Source: Monocercomonoides exilis PA203 (lineage: Eukaryota > Protista > Preaxostyla). From it: a stretch of 64,000 nt of DNA. The first letter of the stretch is position 1; every line of letters starts with the position of its first letter. The notes under the pieces were generated by a model, which ran no database searches, was not told where the DNA came from, and saw only the letters and a program-made list of their open reading frames with translations. This document shows positions 52,397 to 64,000 of the stretch, piece by piece. The stretch covers positions 248,001 to 312,000 of the forward strand of contig LSRY02000058.1 in the NCBI GenBank assembly GCA_001643675.2, given 5' to 3'. Both the position numbers and the translations under genes were made by a program.

Positions 52397-54109
52397 TTAC
52401 CAAACACTCGTCAATAACATTGGAAACAACTTCATTCGTTTTCCCTCCTCCTTTTCTGTTTCGAAGAAAGGAAGAGAGAAAATACAAATAGCACAGAAGA
52501 AAAGGCAGAAGCCAATTTGCACAAGAATGTTATAACTGCAGAGATGAGGACGCATTGTGAAAAGTTCATTTCTTTTGGAATCTTTTGAACATGAATTATT
52601 TTCTGCTGTTATGGAAATGAACGAAGCATAGAGTTGGTTCCTTGTCTTCAGCATTCTTTCAATTTCTTCTTCCTCTTCTTCTTCCACCAATTTCATTATT
52701 CCTCTCTCTTCCTCGAGTTCCTCATTCATCTCCAAACCATCCGTCGATATTTGCACCTGTTCCACATCTTTCCTCACTTCATCTGAACAACCATCTGAAG
52801 TTATCTCCAAAGACCCATCTGCCTCTTCTTCTTCTGCTCTCCTGTTCTCCTGTTGGATGCCATCAGATGGAGAAGAACTACACAATTCTGGTTCTTCTGA
52901 ATGCTGCTTGTCTGCACCCGCCTCAGCCTCTGCCTTCACAAACCTCAGCCGACTCAGCCCAAGCGCCTCCACAACCAGAGGTGCCATCGCTTCTTCCAGC
53001 TTCCCCTGTTTCTCTTTGATTCTCTCCACAAACTTTCTGTGCGCTGTCGGATACCAGCCTTTCTCCTCGTTCCCATCACCTCCCTCTCTCCCTCCATCTT
53101 TGCCTCCATCTTCTTCTCCCTTTTCTTCTCCCTCTTCACCATTCCCATTTCCTTCCTCCACCTCTTCTCTCCCATCTAGCATCGCCAGAGCAATCGCTTC
53201 TGGAAATAGAACCACATCCTCCATCCTCAGCCCCGCAGCCAGCATTCCCTTCTCCACAATCTCCCCCGCTTCACACACTTCAACCCCTCGCCCCATCACT
53301 TCGTCTTCCAGCTTCGCCACCACACTCCTCGACTGTTGTGATCGCCATATTTGCATTGAAGGGTCAAACAGATCGTAGATCGACGGGAACGCATTCACAT
53401 CTGCCGCTGCAAAGATCCGCTTGCTCCCCGACTTCGTGCCCACCGACGCTGCAAGCGACTGAAGCGGCGCCACCAGCGGAACCGAAAGCATCGCCGAAAG
53501 CGCCACATCGTATGCACACACAACAGCCCCATACAGCACCGCCCGCCGAGCCACAACATATCCCCGCAGCGTCTGCAGCGCCCGCGGCGACAGCAGCAGC
53601 TGCAGCGACAGCGGCATGTGCCGCCCATACACCCCAGCTGCCTCAGGCACCACAATCCGCAGCTGTCTCTCGATGTAATCTATCGCTGCAGATGTGGATG
53701 ACGCAGCCACTGCTGAGGCATCTGAATGGTCAATTGTAGTAGCTGATGAAGAAGATGATGGCTGATCATCTTCTGCTGCCTTCTTCTCTTCACTTCTCCG
53801 CCTCCGGAATGGCGAAGTTGATCGGAGGGCTGCTCCAGTTGAAGAAGACGATGAAGACGATGAAGAAGAAGGCGCCGAGCGAAGAAAGAACTACTGTACT
53901 TCGAAGGAAACAAGAAGCTTTTTCAGACACCCCACCACGTCTGCAGGCAGCTCCATCGGTGACGCAAACGCAATATCCATATTCGGATCAGAAAGATCAA
54001 CCAGTAGAGAAAGCTCGCTGTTTTCAAGTGGAGGGAAAAGGATGGAAAAAAGTTTCTTCAGGTGAGGAGTTGAAATGAGAAGAAAAAAGGGAAGAAGGAG
54101 CAAAATCAA
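52397..54109 (-). pseudogene. GC-rich coding fragment interrupted by one in-frame TAG (53893-53891); weak resemblance to a DENN C-terminal region
   Basis: ORFs 54109-53891 and 53710-52397 are in the same frame, and the gap between them is open (FFLRSAPSSS...). LLVDLSDPN...MELPADVVGCLKKLL and HRKFVERIKEKQ loosely recall DENN/dDENN, by eye only. Confidence 0.45.
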
Positions 54110-54758
54110 TGAAAACTAAATTAATCGATTCGTCAAGCATCAAGCGAATTTATTGAGAGAAAAATGAAAAGAAATATTTAGAAATGGAGTGTGCTGTAAT
54201 TACTATTATTTGTTCATTCTGTTGGATTAAGGCAAAAAATCCACAGCTGCCTTGAGGCATCAGAAAATTTCACAAAATGTTTGCCATTCCAACCTCAAAA
54301 TCAAAAGTCTGTGAAGCTCCAATTCCAGATGAAAGAAACATTCGCTGGATTTGGGTAAGTTTTATTTCCTATCTTTATTTTCCATTCAAAAAACAGACTT
54401 TTTCATTTTCTGTATAAAACATCATTGCTCAACAAGTTTATTTGTTTCTTCTTCTTTTCTCTTTTAATTTCTGGATTAGATGCAGAATGCGAAGAAAATC
54501 AACAGATAACGTGAATGAAGAAGATGAAGATGAAGAGGAAGAGGAAGAAGATTGATGGGTTTAGAACTGAAATCGAAGGCACAGCTATACAAAAACTTAA
54601 AAGTCAATGAATTCCTTGGAGATGAAGATGAGAGTGGATGAGAATGAATGGAATGAGCTGGGTGTGTTGATGCGACAATTTAGAAGAGGTGCAAAATTGT
54701 CTATGTTCATTGGAAGATGCTGATGTCGCTGGTGATGGTGAAGCTGCAATGGAACCTT

Positions 54759-55316
54759 TTACAACTTAAATAAAAAAACCGATGTGAAATGCGAAAATTG
54801 AGAAGCGAAGCATTGCAACGAATTTGGAAGATGGCACATGAAGAATAGCCGAATAAGTGAACAATTTTCAGTTAATTTGATTCCCAACTTGATCCTGAAT
54901 TTGACAAACTTCGAATGATAATCATATTGCTTGCACAAAATGGATAGAACTTCGAAGAATGAAACCCAGATGCAACAGACCTTAGTGTTGTTTAATTGCC
55001 AAAAAGCACTCGATAATTGGAGAAATCTTCGATGACGTTCCTCATTTGCTTTCATTCGAAAACGGAATTGGAAACAATTAAGTCGCTTTCCAGGTTTGTC
55101 TGGCTCGAATTGAGAATCAGGTGAGCTAAAGAAAAAAATGGTGTTTGTTGGTCCGTTTTTCATTTTCTCCTTCCTTTTTTTCAACAAATATCCAGATTTC
55201 CATATTTCCAACTTCTTTCCTTGCCAAAAATACTTCTCCACTGCATTTCCTTTTTGAATGCTATATAATTTTGATTGTTCCAACTTTTTCATTGAATTCC
55301 ATCCATAAATCTTCAT
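54759..55316 (-). pseudogene. Decayed fragment with weak PH-domain-like motifs
   Basis: WKSGYLLKK...IFFFSSPD...KRLNCFQF...KANEERHRRFLQL follows the order of PH beta1, beta3, beta5 and the C-terminal helix, but is shortened. It is surrounded by frame-broken ORFs. Confidence 0.25.
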
Positions 55317-56072
55317 TCAATAAAATAACATTTGAATTTGTTTTCATCTCTTGTTCCAAATAAAAATCGTATATCTTGTGTAACTTCATTTGTCTCCAAA
55401 TTGCTATATAATAATCTGCCCCATTCTCATCGTGTTGCACTCCAAAGCGGAGATTGGCCATTTCAACAATAATTCATATTCCTGGGCTTTGAAAAGGATA
55501 TAGATGATAATATCTTCACAATCAATAAAACAATAAAAATTACATACATTGTATCTTTTTGCGTTTGAAATAAAATTGTTGTTTTCCCGTTGGCCATCCA
55601 ATTACCAAAAATCATCAGACAGAATTTCAAATCCAATGAAAATCTATCATTGCCAGCTGTCATCACAGGAAATAATATTTCCAATTAAACAGAAAATGTT
55701 AACTCAAAGATCTCTCATTCAGCCTGTTGTCATTCAGTTTCAAATGTGATTAATCGATCAATTCATCCATAACAACAAAGAGAAAAAGCAAAGCGTTCTT
55801 TATCTTTGGAATTGCAGATCGAAAATGTCAACACAAGATTTTACAGTTTGAATGAATTTGTATTTTAAAGCTTTTTTGAGTTTTTATTTTTCATCTATTT
55901 CTTCCATCCAAACCTGTATTCGTTCAATATGAATGTCAAAATTTTGTTGTTCTCCAAATGCAATGGGTTTTCGTAAATGTAGGGACTAAACATATGTTGC
56001 AAATTCACTGGTTTGCAGTTATTGTATCGTTTGAATTCTTCTTAATTGCATTTCTTTTTTATTCTTTTTCAG

Positions 56073-57414
56073 AATTATTTTCTGATCTGGAAGATATCAA
56101 TGAGGATGAACAGAAACAGAAAATTGAAGAAATGAATGGATTATTGGAAGAAATGGATAAAGAAGAATTCGAATTAGTTTTCACGAAAGAACTGTTTGAT
56201 AAAATAAACAAAATGATTGAAGAAAAGAAAATATCAATGGATAATACACTGGTGCTGTTGAAACGTGTTGCGTATTGGATAGAGTTGAAAAACGTGTTAA
56301 ATCTATGCTTTTATATATCTTCGCTGAGAGGAAGATTTGAGAAGATGATTATTGAAGAAGAAAAGAAAATAGATGAAAAGAATGAAAAGCTTCTGACTGA
56401 TCTTTTTGAATGCTATGCAATGATACTCTATAACATGATTCCTGGAAATTTGCTTGTAATTTGTTTGCCTTATCTTCTGAAAGCTGCTTCAAACAAAGAG
56501 GAAAACGAAGAAGCAAAGGAAGAAGTGGAAATGGCATTATTAGCTTTGAATAGCATTGGGAGATATGAAGTATGAAAAATTTTTGAACATGTCGTTTTAT
56601 TTTCTGACTTTTATTTTATTTTTTTATTTTTATTTTTTTGTTACATAAGAAAGTGCTAGAGGAAGTTTATGTTATGGAGTTTAAAGAAATAATCAAGTAT
56701 CACCAAGAACACCACAATCTGACGCGGCTTGCTTATCAGTCTGCTTGGGAGTGTTTATTAAACAGATTTCAAAAAGATAAAAGTTTGGAAGAAGTTATTG
56801 TGAATGAACTGCATTTTGCGAGAGAGGCAATAAAGGAATTGGAAGAGCTGAAAGAACGTGTGGATTGGAAGAAGAAAAAAGAAGAGGAAAAAGGAAAGGA
56901 AACGAAAACACTCACTATTATTAGGAGATGGATAGATACCTTAGGTATTTTCTTCCACTTCTGCTCATCGAGGAATGAAGAGTATTCTGTGCTTGTCGAA
57001 AGCATTGTGCAGACATTTCGAGCAGCGAAGGATATAAATAGAGAAATAGGCAAGGAATGCTGTGATATATTTAAATCCTTAGCAGTGAATAAAGCTGTAG
57101 AAATTGAAGATTTGATAGAAAGCGGAGCTGTTGGCCTCATTTTGGAGGAAATTCTTCGACCAACAATGGATGACGAAATGACATGCAATTACTTGGTATT
57201 ATTTGTCACATTATTCAGTCGATTGAAAGAAGAAAAGGATGGTGAAAAGGAAGAAGAGAAAAGAAAAATAATAAAAAGGAAAATGTTTGAAAAGTTAGAA
57301 GAAGAAGGATACGAAGATGTCATTGTAATCTTTCATGAAACATTTGATTTTCTTCAACAAAAATTTTTTAATGCGTTATTGTTGGATATTTCAGATTATT
57401 TTATGAACGTTTGA
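56073..57414 (+). CDS. Lineage-specific helical (possibly ARM-like) family, copy 3; first exon not resolved
   Basis: Exons 56073-56569 and 56650-57414 are in frame and homologous to copy 2 throughout. Confidence 0.75.
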
Positions 57415-58244
57415 GGAGATTGGATGCAGTTCATTTTGTAGCTCAAATAATATTGAACTTTTTTTCATCGTTTCACATTATTGTGGGGGAAAAAATATAA
57501 TTTGTAACCTTTTTAATAAATCTTATTAATTGTTTCCACTTCATTTTGATGAAATGAATAAATAAAGAAATAATTAAAGAACAATACTTTTTCTTTCTTT
57601 ATTCGTAAATTTTCCAAAAATAATATATCTGCAAAATTGTATCATGAGAAAAAAACAGATACAAACAGATTCACACAATGCTAGCTACGGCCTCATTTCT
57701 GATCTTTGAAACAACTTCACTGTCAGCCAGCTTCTTTCCTTTCCTTTCGTTCTCTTCTCTTTTTCTTATTATTTTTCATCGAAAAAGTTTGTATCGAAAA
57801 AATAACTTCTTTATTTTCCTCAGATAACTTACATCATACTCAATCACCACCAAGAGCGAATGAAATAAAATTAGCGAATGAAGAAAGAAAACCATGAAAC
57901 ATAAATAAAATTGTTGAAAAAATAAAAGATAATGAAGAAAATGAAGAGGAAGAAGAGGAAGAGAGAGAAACATCAAACACAGCAAGAATGAACCTCTGAA
58001 GTGTAGTTTTTCAAAAATCTCGTTGAGATAATTATGTAAAAACTTCGAACGGAAGAGCTATTTCAAAAAAAGTTCACAAATAATTCTTTTTGAACAATAC
58101 TGTTTATTTTTTAAATTTTCTGGAGCTGAAAAAAGAAAGAAAAGAAAACATAACTTCATTTTCGTAACAACGTTAATATAACAAGAATTTTGAAATAAAC
58201 CAACAAATAAATGGTCAACATTCAATCAGTTTGCAAAAAATCTA

Positions 58245-58726
58245 TTAAAATTTTTCTGCATGCAAGTGCACACAACTTTTCCGAAGAGTTTCATTTTCGC
58301 TTTGATCAGATTCTCCAAAAAAATCACTATCACCATTTTCCTCTGTCAAGCAACCATCCACCTCTTCGTCTTTGGTTGCCTTGTTGTGCTTTTCAACATT
58401 TTCGATCCAGTCTGCAATTGACTTCGCATTTTGCAGGTTGATCTGTGCAGAAAGACATGCTGGGTTGTTCTGCAAGGCGCGCTGGAACATAGCGACAGCA
58501 TCTGAATACATCCCAAGCTGCAAGCGCAATATTCCAAGATTGTTCAACGCTGGAACGAAGGTTGGGTGCGTCAGAAGAAGGATATCGAAGCATTCCTGCG
58601 CTTTCTTCAAATAAGCAGTTCCTTAATGATGTTAAATTTTGATAAAGAAAGTTTGACATGATGATACAAAATATTGAGAAAAGTTCAGTCAGAATCATTA
58701 AAAAATTGAACAAAATTGTTTTCATT

Positions 58727-58766
<40 letters not shown>

Positions 58767-61700
58767 AATGAATCAAAAGAACTAATTGCTCATACCTCTC
58801 ATCATCAAATGCACTCCGAGATTGTTCACTAGTGATCTGTTCGTGCAGAAAATTGGCAGAAATTTTCTGAAGAGAAGTTCGCTTTGCATAATATCGCGAG
58901 AAAGATGCAGCAGCGCAGCTGAATTTGCAAGCGCAACAATCTGAAAAGGATTGTAGTGAGCGAACGAAAGAGGCTGCGACAGCTCAGTGAGATTGAACGC
59001 AAGCAGCAGAAAGGCACTCGGAGCAGCATTAGACGAGGAAGCAGCCAGATTGCTTTCCATTGGATGAATCTGTTGGTTTGCCTCCGCAGATTGCGGCTGT
59101 GCTGACTGGAAAGCTTGCCCTTGGCTCTTCTTTTCCTCACCAAATTGCTCGCTTCTGCTGAATTCGCTTTTCTCTCTCAACTCGTCCTCGTCCACAACAG
59201 CAGGCAAACAGTCATCTTCCAAATTTTCATCATCTTCGTCATCCACCATGACATTGCCCATTCCTTCTCTTCCTCTTCCTTCTCCTTCCATCCTTCCTCC
59301 ATTCCCACCAAACTGCGAAGCATACCCTCCATTCTCGCCTCCTCCTATTCCTCCTCCTCCTCCAATGCACATTCCATTACTTGATGATGATGACGCTCCC
59401 ACATTTGTCATGGGTGAATGCGCCAATCCACTGACATCCTGCTCAGAACGTCCGCAACTTCCAACACTCAACGTGAGTGTGATTCCTTCGCTTGCTGAGC
59501 TCAGTACACGAGAAAACAGTGAAAGTGCCGTGAAGAACTCGCCCTGCTTCAGACAGAGCACCCCTTCATTCACCTCAATTATCAGCCGGAGCGTGTTATA
59601 TGCTGTTTCTGATAACGAGTCGCTGTTTTCATCGTCGTTGATTTCTTCTTCATTCTCGTTGTTATCCTCATTTCTGTTCTCTTTCCCACAATTCCTCATC
59701 TTTTTCATGCATCCAAGCAGACATCTGCTGATTTCGAGGCACCTTAGAGCTTCAGAACGGAAGAAAAGGCACGAATTTCTGAAGTCGTGTGTGTAAAACT
59801 TGGCGCATGCAGCAGCAGCCTCACTCAAGGCTGGAAGAACAAGCGGTTTTCTTTTGATAGCCAGGCTTTCCTGCCTCACTTGCTTCTCAGCCAGCTTCAT
59901 AATCTCCAATCTCTTCTGGTCCTGCCGCTGCAACTTGCTCCTCATTTTCAATGGAAGATGCTCTTTGTGCACGATGATGGAAGACAGATCGCTTATGTTG
60001 GTCTGCGCCAGCAACCTCAAACTTTCCTTCCTCTTCTTCTCTTCCTCTTCCTTCGCATCCTCTTCCTCCTCCTCTTTAATAAGCTCGTCTTCAAATCCAT
60101 AGTTGAAAAAGGGAGTGGTGAAGGAGCTGCCAATCAACAGAAGAGGAACAAATAGTCTTTGCAAAGTTGGGCTGAGCTGTGATCTTCGAATAGGAAACTT
60201 CTGAGAAACCACAAATGGAAGATACAAAGAGGAAGAAGAAGCAGAAGAAGAAGAAGGCATTGGAGAGAAGATTCCAGATGGGCTGAACGAACTATTGCTG
60301 CCTTGCTGATCGTGCGCAGTGTTTTGTGCACTGACAATATTACTCAGCTGGTTTTGGGTGTTTGCAGGTGAATGGATTAACAGATCACTCATTGAAGACG
60401 AAGGAGGAGAGGAGCGAATGATTGGAGAAGAAGCAGAAGAAGAAGATGATGAAGTCAAATTAAAATCATTTATAGAATTGTTGTTCATCCTTATTGAATG
60501 TTGCTGGCCATTGGTAGAAACCAGCACAATTGAAGAAGAAGGAGGAGAAGGCAGAGAAGAAGAAGAAGTTGAAGGCAACATTGACAACGATGAAGAAGAC
60601 GTATTAGAAGCAGAAGAAGCATACGGTGAAAATGGATTTCCAATCAGCGATGAGTTCTGTCTGTTCAGAAAAGGCAGAGCAGAAGAATTAGGAGCAATGC
60701 TTGGTGTGGCATAAAACATCTCCTGCTGGAAGAAAGAAGTGTCCGGAGAAAGCTGAGGAAAAACCGAAGTCAAGAACGAGGAGGAAGGCGAAGGAAGAGG
60801 GAAACTGAAGGAATATTCGTTTGTGCTTCCAGAAGATGAAGAAGAGGAAGAGGAAGAAGCAGGAAGGGAAGAAGGAGACAAAGGAGAAGCATCCAAATGG
60901 TGGGGGAAAGAGAGAGGGGGTTGAAGAGCAGAAGACTGTACAGAATCGAAGAAAGACGATGATGATGAATCAAAAGAAGATGAAAACACAGGCAGCAGAG
61001 ACATTTGAGAGTGCTGGCTGGAGTCAGACTGGATGCGAGGGAGGTTGGAGTGATGGCTGAGAAAGAGAGAATGCTGATGCTCGGATTGATCCAACAGCTG
61101 AGAATGGATGGGCGGAGTGGGATAGGGAAGAGTCATTGTGAATGGAGGAGATGGCTGGATGGAAATGGAAGAAGAAATAGAAGGAGAAGGAGAATGTGAA
61201 GAAAAAGAGGAGGAGGAGGAAGATGAGGTAGATGAAGAGGAAGAAGGAGATGAAAGCGAAGGCAAAGCAAATGAGGACAAAGAAGGCAGAGAAAAGGATG
61301 ATAATGATGATGATGATTGAGGAGGAGATGATGGATGCAAAAACAAACCAGAACTGTTCGGAACGGCAAACATTGTGGATGTGGCAGACTCTGTTTGCTG
61401 ATCAAAAGAAGAAGCAGCCGAAAAAATGAAAGAGGAAAATGTGGATGAAAGAGGAATGGACGTCGAAGAAGAAGAGGGAGAAGAGGAGGAGGAAGAAGAA
61501 GATAGAAAAGAATTTGCATTTCCTTCTTTTCTTCTCTTGATTTGATTCACTTCTTCTTCCTCTTCCTCTTTCACTTCATTCTCCTCCTCATCCTCTTCTC
61601 CTTTTTCTTTCCCATTGACTCTTTCTTTTTTCGTTGCTTTCCCATTTCCTTTCCCTTTTCCGCTTGTCTTTCCTTTTCCTTTCCCTTTCCCTTTTCCCTT

Positions 61701-64000
61701 TCCTCTTCCTCTCCCCTTCTTTTTCTCATTCATTTTACTTGGCGATAAAACCAGTTTTTCGCTCGTCTCTTCTGCTTTTAATGGGCCATCGTCTTCACAT
61801 CGCATCCTCTTCCCATTGGCTGCTGGAACACTCTTGAAGCTTCTAGAGCTCTTTCCATTCCCTTCCATTTCTCTTTCTCCTTCTTCTTTCCCTTCCTTTT
61901 CTCTTTCTCTTTCTCTTTCTCCTCCTTTTCCTCCTCCTTTTCCTTTTCCCAATGCACTAATAACCAGCCCTTCTCCAACACCCACATTCTCCTTCACACT
62001 CCCTTCTTCTTTGCCATTTGGCTGCTTCAGTTCAACCACAAAGCTCTTCATCTGCTTTTCCACGGCCTTTCTGTCTGCCACCATCGCAGCTGCTGAATAT
62101 ACACCGCCCAACAAATAGAACAGAAGCATCTTTTGAATTCCATTGGCAGCAGATGCCACAAATGACTTGTCGATCTCCATTCTATCTGATTCTTCCTCTT
62201 CTTCTTCCACATCTTTTTCTTTAACTTTTTCTCCATTTTTCTCTTCTGTTTCTTCTTTCTCTTTGAATTTTGGATTATTCTTAGCTTCATTCTCGCTTCC
62301 ATCATTCATAACTTGCAATCTGTTTGAATCTAAATTTGATTGATTGATGCAATCAAAACTGCTTTTCAGCTCTTTTTCATTCTCTCCATCGATTTTGTGT
62401 GTTTCGCCTTTGGATTCCCAGACTACAAGTGAATTATCTTCCTTTTTGATTGAAAGAGGCGAAAGCTGATGTTCATTCAGTTTGCTATTGAATTGAGAAG
62501 ATTCACTCGAAAGAGAAGAAGAAATAGAAGAAGAAGAAGTTGCTTCAAATGCATCCACTTGATTCTGTTTCAACGAACCCTTCTTATTTTTTCTATCATC
62601 ATCACTCAAATCGCCATTCCCTTCATCACCCACCCCATCCTCAGCAAACGACGCATTGATCAAGCAGACAGCCAGCATCTTTGCTCTTTCTATCAAATGC
62701 TCCTCCATCGACATCGTCAGCACAAACACATAATCTGACAACACACCTGGATGAACCATCCCTCCATTCACTGGCTTCACAATCTGATCAGATTGGTTCA
62801 ATTTATTTGCAATTTTTTTGGATTCATTTCTGTTTGACTGGCTTTTTTGAATGAAAAAATCTTTTTTCTCGACAGCTGCACGGGATGTGCGAAGAGAATC
62901 GAGGAATTTGCCTTCGAAAAAGAGATGGAGAGAATAATTGCTGAGGACGAATGAAGAGCACTTCTTGATCTCTCTTTCAGACAGAAAAGAAAGAGAACTA
63001 AGAGAAGAAAGAGAAGAAAAAGAAGAAAAAGATGAAAGAGAAGAAGGAGAAGAAGGAGAATTCGATAAGTTCTGTGAAATGTTGGAAGGGACAGGCAAAC
63101 GAGAAGGAGAAGAAAACATTGTCTGTTTGATAGGAGAAGAATAAGGAGAAGAAGCAGAAGCAGAAGGAGAAGTGGAAGAAGGGAAAACACTCAATGGAGA
63201 AGACAAAGAAGAAGAAGGAGAGGATGAAGAAGGAGAAGGAGAAGGAGAAGAGGAAGAAGTTGACATCTGCCTTGGAGGAGAAGCAGGTTGAGGTTGGATT
63301 GTTCGCATAGGAATGAGTATTTGAGGTGTTTGAGAAGCAAAAGTGAAAGGAAGATAAGAAGCATTCTGTGTTGATGAGACAGAAGAAGAAGGAGAAGAGG
63401 GAGAAGGAGAAAATGAGGAAGGAGAAGAAGAAGGAGGAGAAGGAGAAGAAGAAAATGATGAAGGAGATGTCGAATGAATATAAAAATTCTGCATCTGTTG
63501 AACAGACTGTGATTGAAAAGGGAACATTTGTGGTTGAAATGGCAGCTGCATCATTTTGAGTCCCTGAGGAAGATAAACAGAGGAGCCAGACTGAGTGAAA
63601 AGAGGAAGAGAAGAAGAAGAAGAAGAAGAAGAAGAAGAAGAAGAAGAGGAGGAGGAGGAGGAAGAAGAAGAATTTGGCAGTTGTTGTTGTTGTTGTGATT
63701 GTTGAGGGAAAGGGACGTTTGGAAGAAAAGATTGGAGTTTGGAGTAATTTTGCTGGAAAGTGGAAGAAGATGAAGGCGAGGAAGGAGAAGAAGAAGGAGA
63801 AGAAGAAGAGGAGGAGGAAGTTTGAGTTGGCTGGTTTGCTTTGAGTGGAAACAGCTGAGAAGATATATCAGTTGAAGGTGAAGAAGAAGATGATGATGAA
63901 GCAAAAGGTTGTTGGCTATTTGGATTGAATGATGAAATGCTGTTCATTGATTTGTTTGGACTAATACATGAAGTTGAAGATGATGAAGAAGAAGGAGGAG
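58245..64000 (-). CDS. Large Ser-rich protein with C-terminal TPR repeats, probably 5'-partial
   Basis: Frame open from the window edge to 58796, GT-AG intron 58795-58622 (with a poly-T tract), last exon 58621-58245. TPR motifs: LVNNLGVHLMMRG-TAYLKKAQECF and ALNNLGILRLQLGMYSDAVAMFQRALQNNP. Confidence 0.82.

Overview
Eukaryotic protist DNA with short GT-AG introns, very AT-rich intergenic DNA and Ser-rich low-complexity proteins. The standard code is in use, since genes end in TAA, TAG or TGA. The gene families and style suggest an oxymonad such as Monocercomonoides (inference, not searched). Left to right: a >6,100-aa intronless Ser/His/Gln-rich ORF open at the left edge; a 4-exon Rae1/Bub3-family WD40 gene; a 2,900-aa receptor with a Pmp-like beta-helix ectodomain, one TM helix and a pseudokinase; two related GGG-ended MITEs; a ~2.9-kb element bounded by inverted 20-bp-period arrays and filled with decayed host-gene fragments; a spliced calponin-homology (CH) domain fused to 60S ribosomal protein L7/uL30; SmE; a 2,170-aa cytosolic-type LeuRS homologue whose HIGH, KMSKS and editing motifs are all degenerate; three paralogues of a lineage-specific helical family with mosaic identity; decayed gene fragments; and a TPR gene open at the right edge. 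The best novelty candidates are the CH-uL30 fusion and the intact but apparently catalytically dead LeuRS. All splice models and alignments were made by eye.
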